Shown: in pieces, positions 7,989 to 17,482 of the stretch
Layout of the letters: each line of letters begins with the position of its first letter
How positions within the stretch are numbered: the stretch's first letter is position 1
From: Candidatus Electronema halotolerans
GTDB taxonomy: Bacteria; Desulfobacterota; Desulfobulbia; Desulfobulbales; Desulfobulbaceae
Direction: 5' to 3'
NCBI GenBank assembly: GCA_942493095.1
Contig: OW818675.1
Span: 2,880,001 to 2,912,000, forward strand
Length of the DNA stretch: 32,000 nt
Program-made: the position numbers and the translations under genes
Notes under the pieces: generated by a model
Seen by the model: only the letters and a program-made list of their open reading frames with translations
The model's database searches: none
What the model was told of the DNA's origin: nothing

Positions 7989-8103
7989 GGAGCCTTGCCG
8001 TCTGACGCGAAGGCTCCTTCTCGTATCAGAAGAAGGTTCCTTGTCGTATTGCGAGCAGGCTCCTTCCCGTATGAGAAGAAGGTTCCTTGCTGCTGGCCGA
8101 CAG
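7989..8103. repeat. Five tandem 23-bp repeats (noncoding), each junction forming a near-palindromic box GAAGGnnCCTTC
   Basis: Units are 7989 GGAGCCTTGCCGTCTGACGCGAA, 8012 GGCTCCTTCTCGTATCAGAAGAA, 8035 GGTTCCTTGTCGTATTGCGAGCA, 8058 GGCTCCTTCCCGTATGAGAAGAA and 8081 GGTTCCTTGCTGCTGGCCGACAG. A 23-nt period is not a multiple of 3. The array is intergenic, between the mtaB stop and the PLC-like start. Confidence 0.8.
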
Positions 8104-8121
8104 GGAGACTGGCGGGACAGC

Positions 8122-9435
8122 TCAGTCAGACCGTTCGCCCCAAACCTCTCCCTCCCGCAGCTCCATCAGCCGCACTGGCGCCACGGTTCTGATCAGACTG
8201 GCCGGGCCGCTGCACAGCACTGGCATGTAATTCTCGGAAAAGCCCTTGAGCAGGCCGGTCTTCCTGTCTCTCCGCTCCAGCAGGACGCGCTGCACCGTGC
8301 CAAGCTGTTGCTGCTGAAAGGCAGTCCGCTTCTCCTGATCAAGGACGTGCAGTCTGGCCGCCCGCTCCTCTTTGACCGGGCCGGGCACGTGCTCCGGGAA
8401 GGCCGCCGCCGCTGTGCCGGGCCGGATTGAATACGGGAAAACATGCAGATAGCTGATCGGCAAATCCGTCAGAAGTTGGAGCGTATTGGCTGCCGCCTGT
8501 TCATCTTCACCGGGAAAGCCGGTCAGAATGTCGCAGCCAATGGCCGCATGGGGCGCAGCCGCGTGAATGCGCTCCACGGCCTGCGCAAAGGTTGCGGCGG
8601 TGTAACGGCGCTTCATCTGCGCCAAGATGCCGCTGTCGCCGCTTTGCAGAGGAATGTGGAGATGCGGCATGAAGTTCCGGTGCGCTGTGAGCAGTTCCAG
8701 CAGCCGCGCATTGACTTCGGTCGGCTCAATCGAGCTGAGGCGAAGGCGGAGCTGCGGAAACTCGCGGCAGAGCAGGTCGAGCAGGGAATAAATGTCCTGC
8801 CCTTCCACCAGATCAAGGCCGTACTTGCCCACGTTGATGCCGGTGATGATCAGCTCCAAATAACCTTCCTCAACAAATATCCGAGCCTGCTCCAGCACAG
8901 CGGCCAAGGGCAGGCTGCGGCTGCGGCCTCTGGCATGGGGAACAATACAGTAGGCGCAGAAGTTGTTGCAGCCGTCCTGAATGCGGAGACAGGCGCGGGT
9001 TCTGCCACTGAAACGGCGCACCGGCAGCAGACTGATCTGCCGCGCCGCGCTGATCTCGCCTGCAAGCAGGGCGGGCGGCTCGGCAGCCAGGGCGGTCTCG
9101 ACCAGCAGGTGCTTGCTGTCATTGCCGATAATGAGCACCTGACGGCCCGGCACCAGATCGGGCAGTTCAGCAGCGGCAATCTGGGCGTAGCAGCCGGTCA
9201 GCACGAGCCGCGCTTCCGGGTTGCAGCGGGCCAGCCTGCGGATGAGCTGCCGCGACTGCTGCCCAGCCCGCGCCGTGACCGCGCAGGTGTTGATCACGGC
9301 AATGTCTGCCGGGCCAGCCGCAGAAACTATCTCGCAGCCCTGCTCCTGAAAGCCGGTGGCAAAGGCGGCAGACTCAAACTGGTTGACCTTGCAGCCCAGC
9401 GTGGCCACGGCCACTTTCTGCTGATGTGTTTGCAT
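8122..9435 (-). CDS. mtaB: tRNA (t6A37) methylthiotransferase MtaB-like radical SAM enzyme
   Basis: N-terminal MTTase domain (KVAVATLGCKVNQFES ... VINTCAVT), radical-SAM CNNFCAYC and a C-terminal TRAM-like region. I prefer the ATG at 9435 (MQTHQQK); the ORF track extends to a GTG at 9456. Confidence 0.85.
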   Translation of the reverse strand: MQTHQQKVAVATLGCKVNQFESAAFATGFQEQGCEIVSAAGPADIAVINTCAVTARAGQQSRQLIRRLARCNPEARLVLTGCYAQIAAAELPDLVPGRQVLIIGNDSKHLLVETALAAEPPALLAGEISAARQISLLPVRRFSGRTRACLRIQDGCNNFCAYCIVPHARGRSRSLPLAAVLEQARIFVEEGYLELIITGINVGKYGLDLVEGQDIYSLLDLLCREFPQLRLRLSSIEPTEVNARLLELLTAHRNFMPHLHIPLQSGDSGILAQMKRRYTAATFAQAVERIHAAAPHAAIGCDILTGFPGEDEQAAANTLQLLTDLPISYLHVFPYSIRPGTAAAAFPEHVPGPVKEERAARLHVLDQEKRTAFQQQQLGTVQRVLLERRDRKTGLLKGFSENYMPVLCSGPASLIRTVAPVRLMELREGEVWGERSD

Positions 9436-9468
9436 GGGCAACACCAGGGCAGCCACAGGGGGCCGCCC

Positions 9469-10707
9469 CTACTCCTCCACCGGCTTGTTGTTGTCTCTAT
9501 CCAAGGCAAAGGCGGTGTGCAGGGCGCGCACGGCCAGCTCCGTGTATTTCTCGGCAACGATGCAGGAAACCTTGATCTCTGAGGTGGAGATCATCATGAT
9601 GTTGATGCCTTCAATGGCCATGACTTGGAACATGGTTGAGGCAATGCCGGAATGATTGCGCATGCCCACGCCGACAATGGAAATCTTGGCAATGGAGTCG
9701 TCGCCTTTCACTGACTCGGCCCCAATATCGGCGACAGTCTTTTGCAGCATCTCCATAGTCCTGGCGTAATCAGTGCGCATGACCGTGAAGGTGATGTCAG
9801 TGAGCTGCCCCTCTCTGGTGTTCTGAATGATCATGTCAACCAGAATGCCGGAACTGGAGATCGGCTCAAATATCTTTGAGGCCACGCCCGGCTGATCCGG
9901 CACGCCTTTGATGGTGATGCGGGCCTCTTTTCTGCTGTAGGTGATGCCGGAAACCAGCATTGACTCCATAATTCTCTCCTCTTCGACAACCCAAGTGCCT
10001 TCGTTTTCGGAAAAAGTGGAACGAACATGCAGCGGAACCCTGTAGCGTTTGGCCATGCCGACAGAGCGGATCTCCAACACTTTCGCGCCAAGGCTGGCCA
10101 GCTCCAGCATTTCGTCATAAGTGATCATGTCAATCTTGCGCGCCTGCGAGCAGATGTTGGGGTCAGCCGTGTAAACGCCCTCAACGTCCGTGTATATCTC
10201 GCAGGAATCCGCCTTGAGCGCGGCAGCCAAGGCCACGGCGGTGGTGTCGGAGCCGCCCCGGCCCAAGGTGGTGATCTCGCCTTGCAAAGTGACTCCTTGA
10301 AATCCGGCCACCACCACAATGCGGCCTGCGTCAAGGTGCTTGCGGATCAGCTCAGTCTCAACTTCGAGAATGCGAGCCTTGGTGTGCATGGCATCAGTGA
10401 TGATCCGCACCTGATCGCCGAGCAAGGAGACTGCGTCGCTGCCAGCCGCCTTGACCGCCATCGCAAACAGAGAAATTGTCACCTGCTCGCCGGTGGAGAG
10501 GAGCACGTCGGTTTCGCGCAGATCAGCAAGCTGCTGCATTTCTGCGGCCATGCCCAGCAGTTTGTCGGTCTGGCCGGACATGGCTGACAGCACCACCACC
10601 ATCTGATGGCCCTGCTGCTGATGCCGCAGCACCCGCTTGGCCACATTTTTGATCTTTTCCGTGGAACCGACCGAGGTTCCGCCGAACTTCTGCACTATCA
10701 GCGCCAT
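9469..10707 (-). CDS. lysC: Aspartate kinase
   Basis: MALIVQKFGGTSVGS amino-acid-kinase N-terminus, GRGGSDTTAVALAAAL, and two C-terminal ACT repeats. The internal ATG at 10707 is chosen over the track start at 10821, which adds 38 non-conserved residues. Confidence 0.93.
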   Translation of the reverse strand: MALIVQKFGGTSVGSTEKIKNVAKRVLRHQQQGHQMVVVLSAMSGQTDKLLGMAAEMQQLADLRETDVLLSTGEQVTISLFAMAVKAAGSDAVSLLGDQVRIITDAMHTKARILEVETELIRKHLDAGRIVVVAGFQGVTLQGEITTLGRGGSDTTAVALAAALKADSCEIYTDVEGVYTADPNICSQARKIDMITYDEMLELASLGAKVLEIRSVGMAKRYRVPLHVRSTFSENEGTWVVEEERIMESMLVSGITYSRKEARITIKGVPDQPGVASKIFEPISSSGILVDMIIQNTREGQLTDITFTVMRTDYARTMEMLQKTVADIGAESVKGDDSIAKISIVGVGMRNHSGIASTMFQVMAIEGINIMMISTSEIKVSCIVAEKYTELAVRALHTAFALDRDNNKPVEE

Positions 10708-10983
10708 AGCTGTCTTGCGTGGTTGAGATGAGAGCAGGGCAGATATTGCCTGCTGCCGCTGCAATGAAATTGCCCGAAAGCACACTACTTTAAAAACGAA
10801 ACCGCATTTTTGCAAGCCCAATTCACGCCGGGCAGGCGGCAGATGCGCCAGGCAAGAGAATTTTCTTTACAATTTCCCCGTCCGTTTGCACCGCGCTATA
10901 TTCCCTGCCTTTCAGCACGATTGCAGTCGGCAGGACAGCCCGTCCCGTCGGCCTTGAAAATTCAGATGCAAGGATGAAACACC

Positions 10984-12672
10984 ATGTTTTCCGCCCTCAC
11001 CACCACGATCAAAGCAAAACCCTCATTCTCCCAGATTCAATCTGAGGTGCTGGCCGGACTGACGGTCGGCATCATCGCCCTGCCCTTGTCAATGGCTCTG
11101 GCCATCGCCAGCGGGGTGCCGCCGCAGCACGGCCTGTACACCGCCATGATCGGCGGCATTGTCATCGCCCTTGCCGGCGGTTCCAGCATCAACATTTCCG
11201 GCCCGACTGCCGCCTTTGTTGTCGTCCTCCTGCCCATTGTGCAGCAGTTCGGCATCGGCGGCCTGCTTCTCAGCGGCCTGATGGCAGGCATCATTCTCAT
11301 CATCATGGGCGCGGCCAAGCTCGGCAAGTTAGTCGAGGTGGTGCCCTATCCGGTGACCATCGGGTTCACCGCTGGCATTGCCGTGGTCATTGCCACCTTG
11401 CAGATCAAGGACTTTCTCGGCCTGAGCGTGGAGCCAGTGCATGGCGAGTATGTGGCCAAAACAGCTGCCATCATCCGCGCCCTGCCCAGCATTCGGGCTG
11501 AAGACTGCATTATTGGCGTGCTGACTTTGGCCGTGCTGCTGATCTGGCCCAACTTCCGCCTCAAAGTGCCGGGGCATCTGGCGGCGGTGCTGCTCGGCTC
11601 GATTCTTGCCTGGGCAGGCAGCCGCATCAACCCTGATTTCACCGTGGCCACCATTGGCAGCCGCTTTCATTACGAGCTGAACGGCCTGACCGGCAACGGC
11701 ATTCCCCCGATCCTGCCGAGCTTTCATCTGCCGTGGAATCTGCCCGGCCCGGACGGCGCGCCGCTCGGCCTGAGCTGGAAGCTGATCCGCAATCTCTTTC
11801 CATCAGCCATTGCCATTGCTGTGCTTGGGGCAATTGAATCCCTGCTCTGCGCCGTAATTGCTGACGGCATGGCAGGCACCAAGCATGATTCCAGCGACGA
11901 ACTGATCGGCCAAGGCATCGGCAACCTGCTTGCCCCGCTGTTCGGCGGCATCCCGGCTACAGCCGCCATTGCCCGGACAGCGGCCAACATCAAGGCGGGC
12001 GGGCGCACGCCGATTGCTTCAGTGGTGCATGGCATTTTCATTCTTGCCTCCCTGCTCCTGCTTGCGCCGCTGCTTGCTTATATCCCAATGGCCTCAATGG
12101 CAGCCCTGCTCCTCATGGTGGCGTGGAACATGAGCGAGGCCAAGCATTTTATCCGCACGGTCAAGGTTGCCCCGGGCAGCGATGTAGCCGTGCTCCTGAT
12201 TTGCTTCTCCCTGACCGTGCTCTTTGACATGGTGGTTGCCGTAGGCGTGGGCATGAGCTTGGCCTCGTTCATCTTTATTCAACGGAGCATCAGTCTGACC
12301 ACAGCCACCAAGGTGGAAAACCGGAGCCAAGAGCAGGGCGGCCCGCTCTCGGCTATTTCCATTTATGAGATCAACGGGCCGCTCTTCTTCGGCTCGGCGC
12401 AAAAGGCGTTGAAGAATATTGCCGCAGCCCCGGAAGTGCGGGCAGTAATCCTTGATATGAGCAAGGTCAACATGATCGACATGAGCGCGATTATGACGAT
12501 GGAGGCAATCCGCAGAAACTTGGAGAGAAACGGAGTTGGTTTGGTGATCAACAACCTTGAGCCGCGCATGATTCTCAAGCTGCGTCGGGCCGGGCTGCGA
12601 AAGAAGGTCGGCAAGGTGGCGTTCTCGCGTTCCTTGACTGAGGGACTTGAAAAGGCGAAGGTGATGCTCTGA
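10984..12672 (+). CDS. SulP-family anion permease with C-terminal STAS domain
   Basis: 562 aa with a SulP N-terminal signature (EVLAGLTVGIIALPLSMALAIASGVPPQHGLYTA), many TM helices and a C-terminal STAS domain (IYEINGPLFFGSAQK ... ILDMSKVNMIDMSA). Confidence 0.9.
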   Translation: MFSALTTTIKAKPSFSQIQSEVLAGLTVGIIALPLSMALAIASGVPPQHGLYTAMIGGIVIALAGGSSINISGPTAAFVVVLLPIVQQFGIGGLLLSGLMAGIILIIMGAAKLGKLVEVVPYPVTIGFTAGIAVVIATLQIKDFLGLSVEPVHGEYVAKTAAIIRALPSIRAEDCIIGVLTLAVLLIWPNFRLKVPGHLAAVLLGSILAWAGSRINPDFTVATIGSRFHYELNGLTGNGIPPILPSFHLPWNLPGPDGAPLGLSWKLIRNLFPSAIAIAVLGAIESLLCAVIADGMAGTKHDSSDELIGQGIGNLLAPLFGGIPATAAIARTAANIKAGGRTPIASVVHGIFILASLLLLAPLLAYIPMASMAALLLMVAWNMSEAKHFIRTVKVAPGSDVAVLLICFSLTVLFDMVVAVGVGMSLASFIFIQRSISLTTATKVENRSQEQGGPLSAISIYEINGPLFFGSAQKALKNIAAAPEVRAVILDMSKVNMIDMSAIMTMEAIRRNLERNGVGLVINNLEPRMILKLRRAGLRKKVGKVAFSRSLTEGLEKAKVML

Positions 12673-12708
12673 TCATGCTGTGAGTGTTTGCAGACAGCGA
12701 GAAATTCC

Positions 12709-12738
12709 TTGTCATTTCCGCAGTCATGATGGTATGTT
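12709..12738 (+). promoter_or_regulatory. Possible sigma70-type promoter for the EACC1-like/caspase pair
   Basis: TTGTCA (12709-14), an 18-nt spacer, then TATGTT (12733-38), about 38 nt upstream of the ATG at 12776. Pattern match only. Confidence 0.3.
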
Positions 12739-12775
12739 CTGCAATGCTTCCGAACCATCACGAAAGGAGAATTTC

Positions 12776-13138
12776 ATGGACGCAACCCTTTCCCTGCACG
12801 ACAGCAGCCTGTCTGCTGAGGACATTGCCGACCTGACAGGCAGGCTGCGGCTGGACATCATTCAGGAAACTGGCTTGACCGCAAGGCAGGTTGAAACAGC
12901 GGGCGGACTTGGCACGAAAGGCGATGCTGTCACCATCGGCGCGATTGTGCTGGCTGCGCTGAGTTCTGGCGGCGTAGTCACAGACTTGCTGCAAGTGCTG
13001 AAATCCTACGTTGAGCGCAAGCCGACCTTGGAAATAGAGCTGGAAGTTGCTGGCAAGAAGCTGAAGATCAAGGCCGAGCATCTCCGCCCAGAGCAGATTG
13101 AGCAGACGCTTCAGGCGGTGCAGCAGCATTTGCATTGA
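12776..13138 (+). CDS. Small EACC1-like protein (effector-associated constant component type), 120 aa
   Basis: The ATG at 12776 follows SD AAAGGAGA. Architecture: acidic N-terminal segment, Gly-rich hydrophobic helix (GTKGDAVTIGAIVLAALSSGGVVTDLL), then a charged beta-like C-terminus (KPTLEIELEVAGKKLKIKAEHL). This matches my memory of the EACC1 family, which sits next to caspase-type effectors. Needs HMM confirmation. Confidence 0.6.
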   Translation: MDATLSLHDSSLSAEDIADLTGRLRLDIIQETGLTARQVETAGGLGTKGDAVTIGAIVLAALSSGGVVTDLLQVLKSYVERKPTLEIELEVAGKKLKIKAEHLRPEQIEQTLQAVQQHLH

Positions 13139-13141
13139 ACA

Positions 13142-13172
<31 letters not shown>

Positions 13173-13178
13173 AATGAA

Positions 13179-14627
13179 ATGAAAGGAAAACGCTACGCAA
13201 TCCTCATAGCTGCCAGCAAGTTCCCGGAAGAGCCGGGCCTGACTGAGCTGCGCTGCCCGGAGAACGACGTTGACGCGCTCCACGAGCTGCTGATCTCGCC
13301 GAACTGCGGCTTGTTTGACAAGAAGAATACTCTTGTCCTCAAGAACGCGCCAAGCCATGAGGTGCTGTATAAGATTGAGACCGTCTTGAATGACGCTGGC
13401 AGTGAGGACTTGGTGCTCATCTATTTTTCCGGGCATGGCAAGTTAAATGCTGCGGGGCGGCTTTGTCTGGCAACTGTGAACACCAAGCTGAGGGCACTCG
13501 GCTCGACCTCCATTGCAGCAGAGCAGATCAAGCGTTTCTTTGACACTGCCAGCACAAGGAAGAGGATTCTCATTCTTGACTGCTGCTACAGCGGCGCGGC
13601 AGGGGCGGAGTTTGTCAAAGGCGGGGTGGATGACCAGCTCCAGCTCATGTCCGGCGGGCAAGGCACCTTCATCATGACTGCTTCGACGGCGTTTCAGACA
13701 GCGGTGGAAAAGGAGGGCGACTCGAACGGCCTGTTCACCAAGCATTTGCTGGAGGGCATCCGCAGCGGCGAGGCGGACAGGGATGATGACGACCTCATTT
13801 CGGTGGATGATCTGTATGAATACGTCCATGAGAAAGTCCAGGCTGAAGGCGCGCAGGTGCCGATGAAATGGGGCCTTCAGGCCAAAGGCAAGATGATCAT
13901 TGCCAAGAGCGGCAGGGATGCGAAATGGCGGCAGGAGATGGAACGGAGTCTGCATCGCTTTGCCGCAGACGGCCTGTTGACCAGCCGCGTTGTCCATGAG
14001 GCAATACAAGTTCTGCGTATGCCGAAAAAGAAGCTGGTCGGCAGAGAACAGCAGCGCATTGTCCTGATTGAGCAAGTTATATGCAGCAGGCTCGGCATGG
14101 CTGATTTCATGGAGCAGTGGATGGACTTGCGCTGCCTTGACTGTGCCGCAGCGGCAGCGGCGCAGAGAAGCAGAACCATCGGGCGATACATTGATCATGG
14201 CGATGGCACGATCACGGACACTGAAACCGGCTTGATGTGGAAACGCTGTTTGGAAGGCTTGTCCGGCGTGAATTGTGAAGAGGGAGAGGTGAAAAGATAT
14301 AAACATGATGAGGCGGTGAAGCGTTTCAAAAATGTTGAATATGCAGGATATTCTGATTGGCGGCTGCCGACCATTGATGAACTGAAGACCTTGGTTCATT
14401 GCAGCAAGGGGAAAAACAAAGATGGCTACTGCAACGAGGGATCAAAAACACCGACGATCAATCAGCAGGCTTTTCCGAATGCTGAGGCAGAATACTTTGT
14501 CTGGTCCGGTTCGCCCTATGCGCCCAACTCGGACTATGCGTGGGGCGTCAGTTTCCTCAGCGGCGATTCCTACTACGGCGGCCGCTTCAGCTTCCTCGCG
14601 GTCCGGTTGGTGCGCGGCGGACAGTGA
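13179..14627 (+). CDS. Caspase-family (peptidase C14) protein fused to a C-terminal DUF1566 / Lcl-C-terminal-like domain
   Basis: 482 aa. The N-terminal caspase fold has KRYAILIAASKF, catalytic His in LIYFSGHGKL and catalytic Cys in ILILDCCYSGAAG. A helical linker spans roughly residues 245-335. The C-terminal ~145 aa carry DUF1566 hallmarks (TITDTETGLMWKRC, GYSDWRLPTIDELKTL, YFVWSGSPY, AWGVSF). Confidence 0.88.
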   Translation: MKGKRYAILIAASKFPEEPGLTELRCPENDVDALHELLISPNCGLFDKKNTLVLKNAPSHEVLYKIETVLNDAGSEDLVLIYFSGHGKLNAAGRLCLATVNTKLRALGSTSIAAEQIKRFFDTASTRKRILILDCCYSGAAGAEFVKGGVDDQLQLMSGGQGTFIMTASTAFQTAVEKEGDSNGLFTKHLLEGIRSGEADRDDDDLISVDDLYEYVHEKVQAEGAQVPMKWGLQAKGKMIIAKSGRDAKWRQEMERSLHRFAADGLLTSRVVHEAIQVLRMPKKKLVGREQQRIVLIEQVICSRLGMADFMEQWMDLRCLDCAAAAAAQRSRTIGRYIDHGDGTITDTETGLMWKRCLEGLSGVNCEEGEVKRYKHDEAVKRFKNVEYAGYSDWRLPTIDELKTLVHCSKGKNKDGYCNEGSKTPTINQQAFPNAEAEYFVWSGSPYAPNSDYAWGVSFLSGDSYYGGRFSFLAVRLVRGGQ

Positions 14628-14672
14628 TGTTGTCTTTTTGCCTCTTTTGGAATTCGGCCTCGGAATCCCCCG

Positions 14673-14708
14673 CCCGGTAGGGACAATTCATGAATTGTCC
14701 CTACCGGG
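14673..14708. repeat. Perfect 36-bp palindrome CCCGGTAGGGACAATTCA|TGAATTGTCCCTACCGGG (possible bidirectional terminator or REP-like hairpin)
   Basis: Read directly. It lies between the convergent stops of the caspase gene (14627) and asnS (14776). An 18-bp stem is possible, but there is no flanking T-run on either strand. Confidence 0.8.
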
Positions 14709-14775
14709 CATGTCATCCGCAACGAAACAGCATTCGAGAATATATTCACAACAATCCGACCAAATGGGAATTTTC

Positions 14776-16194
14776 TCAGCACGGTGCGCTGCCGGGTGTG
14801 CGCGGGAAGGGAATCACATCGCGGATGTTGCTCATGCCAGTGACGAATTGGATCAGCCGCTCAAAGCCGAGGCCAAAGCCTGCATGGGGCACAGAGCCGA
14901 AACGGCGCAAATCCAGATACCAGCTGTATTCCTCCAAATCAAGACCTGCCTCGCGCATCCGTTTTTCCAGCATGGCCAAGCGTTCCTCGCGCTGGCTGCC
15001 GCCGACCAGTTCGCCAATGCCGGGCACGAGAATGTCCATTGCTGCCACAGTTCTGCCGTCATCGTTCTGGCGCATGTAAAACGGCTTGATGTTTTTCGGA
15101 TAATCCGTGACAATCAGCGGGCGGCCAGCAAGCTCCTCGCAGAGAAAACGCTCATGCTCGGCTTGCAGGTCTGTTCCCCATTGCACTGGAAAATCAAACG
15201 TTTTTCTGGACTGCTCCAGAGCGGCGACTGCCTCGCTGTAGCTCATGCGGGCGAATGGCTGCGCCTGCACAGCCTCCAACTTCTTCAGCAAGCCTTTGCT
15301 GACAAAGCGTTCAAAGAGATTCAGCTCCTCAGCGCAGTTGGCCAGCACAGTGCCGACCAAGTCTTTGATCAGAGCTTCGGCCACCTCCATGTCGCAGCTT
15401 AGATCACAAAAGGCCATTTCCGGCTCCAGCATCCAGAACTCAGCCAAGTGACGGCTGGTGTTGGAATTCTCGGCCCGGAAGGTCGGGCCAAACGTATAAA
15501 CCCGGCCATGTGAGAGGGCAAAAATTTCCGCCTGAAGCTGGCCGCTGACTGTCAGCCCGGCCCGGCGGCCAAAGAAATCGCTGCTAAAGGATTCCAGCCC
15601 GTGGATTTTGTCGGCAGGCAGGGCCGTGACTGTGAACATCTCGCCTGCGCCCTCGCAGTCCGAAGTGGTGATGATCGGCGTATGCACCTGAAAAAAGCCC
15701 TGCTCACGGAAAAAGCGGTGGATGGCAAAGTTCAGTTCTGAGCGGATGCGGGCCACCGCGCCAAAGGCATTGGTGCGCGGGCGCAGGTGACTGATCGAGC
15801 GGAGAAATTCAAAGCTGTGCCGCTTTTTCTGGAGCGGATAGCTATCCGGGTCAGCTAGGCCAAGGATGCTCAGGCTGTCCGCCCGCAGCTCCACGGCCTG
15901 ACCTTTGGCAGGCGAGGCGGCCAATCTGCCGCTGACCTTGACCGCGCAGCCCGTGCTCAAGCGTCTGATCTCGCTTTCATAGTTGGGCAGATTCGCCTCA
16001 GCCACCACTTGCAGCCCGGTCAGACAGGAGCCGTCCGTGATTTCGACAAAACAGAGGCTGCCAGAGTCACGGCAGGTCTTGACCCAGCCTTGGATTTCAA
16101 TGTGCTGTTCCGTCGGAGTGCTGTTGAGAATTTCTTTAACACGCAGTTTCATGGTCTTACTGAAAATTTTTTCGTCAGTTCCAGAGGCGTTCAT
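14776..16194 (-). CDS. asnS: Asparagine--tRNA ligase
   Basis: N-terminal OB-fold anticodon-binding region (IEIQGWVKTCRDSGSLCFVEITDGSC), class II core (FRAENSNTSRHLAEFWMLEPE) and C-terminal GFGLGFERLIQFVTG. The start is uncertain: TTG 16206, ATG 16194 or ATG 16152. Confidence 0.92.
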   Translation of the reverse strand: MNASGTDEKIFSKTMKLRVKEILNSTPTEQHIEIQGWVKTCRDSGSLCFVEITDGSCLTGLQVVAEANLPNYESEIRRLSTGCAVKVSGRLAASPAKGQAVELRADSLSILGLADPDSYPLQKKRHSFEFLRSISHLRPRTNAFGAVARIRSELNFAIHRFFREQGFFQVHTPIITTSDCEGAGEMFTVTALPADKIHGLESFSSDFFGRRAGLTVSGQLQAEIFALSHGRVYTFGPTFRAENSNTSRHLAEFWMLEPEMAFCDLSCDMEVAEALIKDLVGTVLANCAEELNLFERFVSKGLLKKLEAVQAQPFARMSYSEAVAALEQSRKTFDFPVQWGTDLQAEHERFLCEELAGRPLIVTDYPKNIKPFYMRQNDDGRTVAAMDILVPGIGELVGGSQREERLAMLEKRMREAGLDLEEYSWYLDLRRFGSVPHAGFGLGFERLIQFVTGMSNIRDVIPFPRTPGSAPC

Positions 16195-16212
16195 CGCGGC
16201 GGACAAGGAAAA

Positions 16213-17028
16213 TCAGCCCAAAGCCACATCCAGAATCATCATCACTGTGAAGCCAAGCATGGTCGCCATAGTGACTGTGTCAATGTGTTCATGCCGACGC
16301 TGCGATTCTGGGATCAGCTCCTCAACAACGAGAAAAATCATCGCCCCGGCAGAAAAAGACAGGGCCAGCGGCAGAAGCAACTGAATATGGATGACAAACA
16401 GGGCACCTGCCACACCTGCAATTGGCTCAACAATACCGGATAGCTGGCCGAGAAAAAAGCTCTTGCTCCGCGACATCCCTTCCCGCCGCAGTGGCAGAGC
16501 AACTGCCGCGCCTTCAGGAATATTTTGCAGACCAATGCCCACTGCCAAGGCCAAAGCACCGCCAAAGGTGGCTGAAGGCAGTTCCGCTGCCACTGCGCCA
16601 AAGGCCACTCCCACGGCCAGTCCTTCGGGAATGTTATGCAGGGTGACGGCCAGCACCAAGAGGGTGCTGCGCTGCAACGAGGTCTTGATGCCTTCTTTTT
16701 TATCTGTCTCCAAGCCGGGATGCAGGTGCGGCAGCAGGATGTCAGCCAGCCGCATGAACAGGCCGCCGCCCATGAAGCCTGCCGCAGCGATCAGCCAAGG
16801 TGTCTGGCCAAGGTGCTCGGCCATGGCGATGCTTGGAGCCAGCAGGGACCAGAAACTGGCCGCAATCATCACGCCAGCGGCAAAGCCGAGGGTGGAGTCC
16901 ATGAATTTGGCATTGACCGTTTTGGTCAGCAGAACCAAGGCTGCCCCGGCAGCAGTGCAGCCCCAGGTGAACAGGGTGGCGGCGGCGGCCTGCATGACCG
17001 GCTCATGCAGAAGATTGGTGAATTCCAT
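16213..17028 (-). CDS. ZIP-family divalent metal transporter (ZupT-like)
   Basis: 271 aa, multi-TM, with ZIP signatures LHNIPEGLAVGVAFG and GLQNIPEGAAV. SD AAGGGA lies before the ATG at 17028. Confidence 0.9.
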   Translation of the reverse strand: MEFTNLLHEPVMQAAAATLFTWGCTAAGAALVLLTKTVNAKFMDSTLGFAAGVMIAASFWSLLAPSIAMAEHLGQTPWLIAAAGFMGGGLFMRLADILLPHLHPGLETDKKEGIKTSLQRSTLLVLAVTLHNIPEGLAVGVAFGAVAAELPSATFGGALALAVGIGLQNIPEGAAVALPLRREGMSRSKSFFLGQLSGIVEPIAGVAGALFVIHIQLLLPLALSFSAGAMIFLVVEELIPESQRRHEHIDTVTMATMLGFTVMMILDVALG

Positions 17029-17276
17029 GATTTTTCCCTTGCAGCAAATTGTTCCGCATGGTCAGGTCAGGTGGATTCAAGTTGCGCTTGCAGCTTGCAA
17101 TCCGCAGTTTGGCAGCTGCTTCCAGCATACACCTGCGTCTTGTTTTTTCCAAGATCTTTCTGAATATCAGCCGCCTGTAGAGGCCATGCGCTTATCATGC
17201 GAATTCAGGTGCCTTGACCGGCGCGGGGCTGCCAATTTTAATGCCCCCTATGGCCTTCCCATTCCCGGCAGCGGTG

Positions 17277-17285
17277 TGGTACAAT
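17277..17285 (+). promoter_or_regulatory. Possible extended -10 promoter element (TGGTACAAT)
   Basis: TGnTACAAT at 17277-17285, about 200 nt upstream of the 17483 start. There is no good -35. A 10-bp-stem hairpin (CTGACAAAAA..TTTTTGTCAG, about 17325-17355) follows it. Pattern match only. Confidence 0.3.
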
Positions 17286-17482
17286 GAGACAGAAAAAAAA
17301 AGCAAGTCCCAACCGCTCAAGCTGACTGACAAAAAAAACAGTTGACTTTTTGTCAGGCATCATATAGCAGTGTTAGAAAACAACAGTTTTCTGTTTTATC
17401 AAACTATCTGCTGAACAAGCAGGAGCCTGCATTCCGGCAGCGGCTTGCCGACCTGTAGGTTTGACCAAAAAGGAGAAACAAA

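Noticed and set aside
7989-8103. CRISPR array
   Set aside because: The repeats are directly abutting 23-mers with no unique spacers, and they diverge from each other. No cas genes are in the window.
8443-9582. 379-aa plus-strand ORF
   Set aside because: It is entirely antisense to the well-supported mtaB and lysC genes. The Arg/Ala/Gly/Leu-rich low-complexity translation is typical of a shadow frame in GC-rich DNA, and there are no motifs.
10708-10983. N-terminal 38-aa extension of lysC, and a possible lysine riboswitch in the 276-bp lysC/SulP divergent region
   Set aside because: The extension is non-conserved-looking, and the canonical aspartate kinase N-terminus begins at the ATG at 10707. 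By eye I could not find the conserved L-box core elements. A covariance-model scan (Rfam Lysine) would be decisive.
13443-14399. 318-aa minus-strand ORF inside the caspase gene
   Set aside because: It is antisense to an ORF with an intact caspase dyad and DUF1566 motifs, and it has no SD or recognisable domain.
14422-17287. Long plus-strand ORFs (14422-15402, 15983-16443, 16391-17287)
   Set aside because: They are antisense to asnS and the ZIP transporter, both strongly supported. Their composition is shadow-frame-like.
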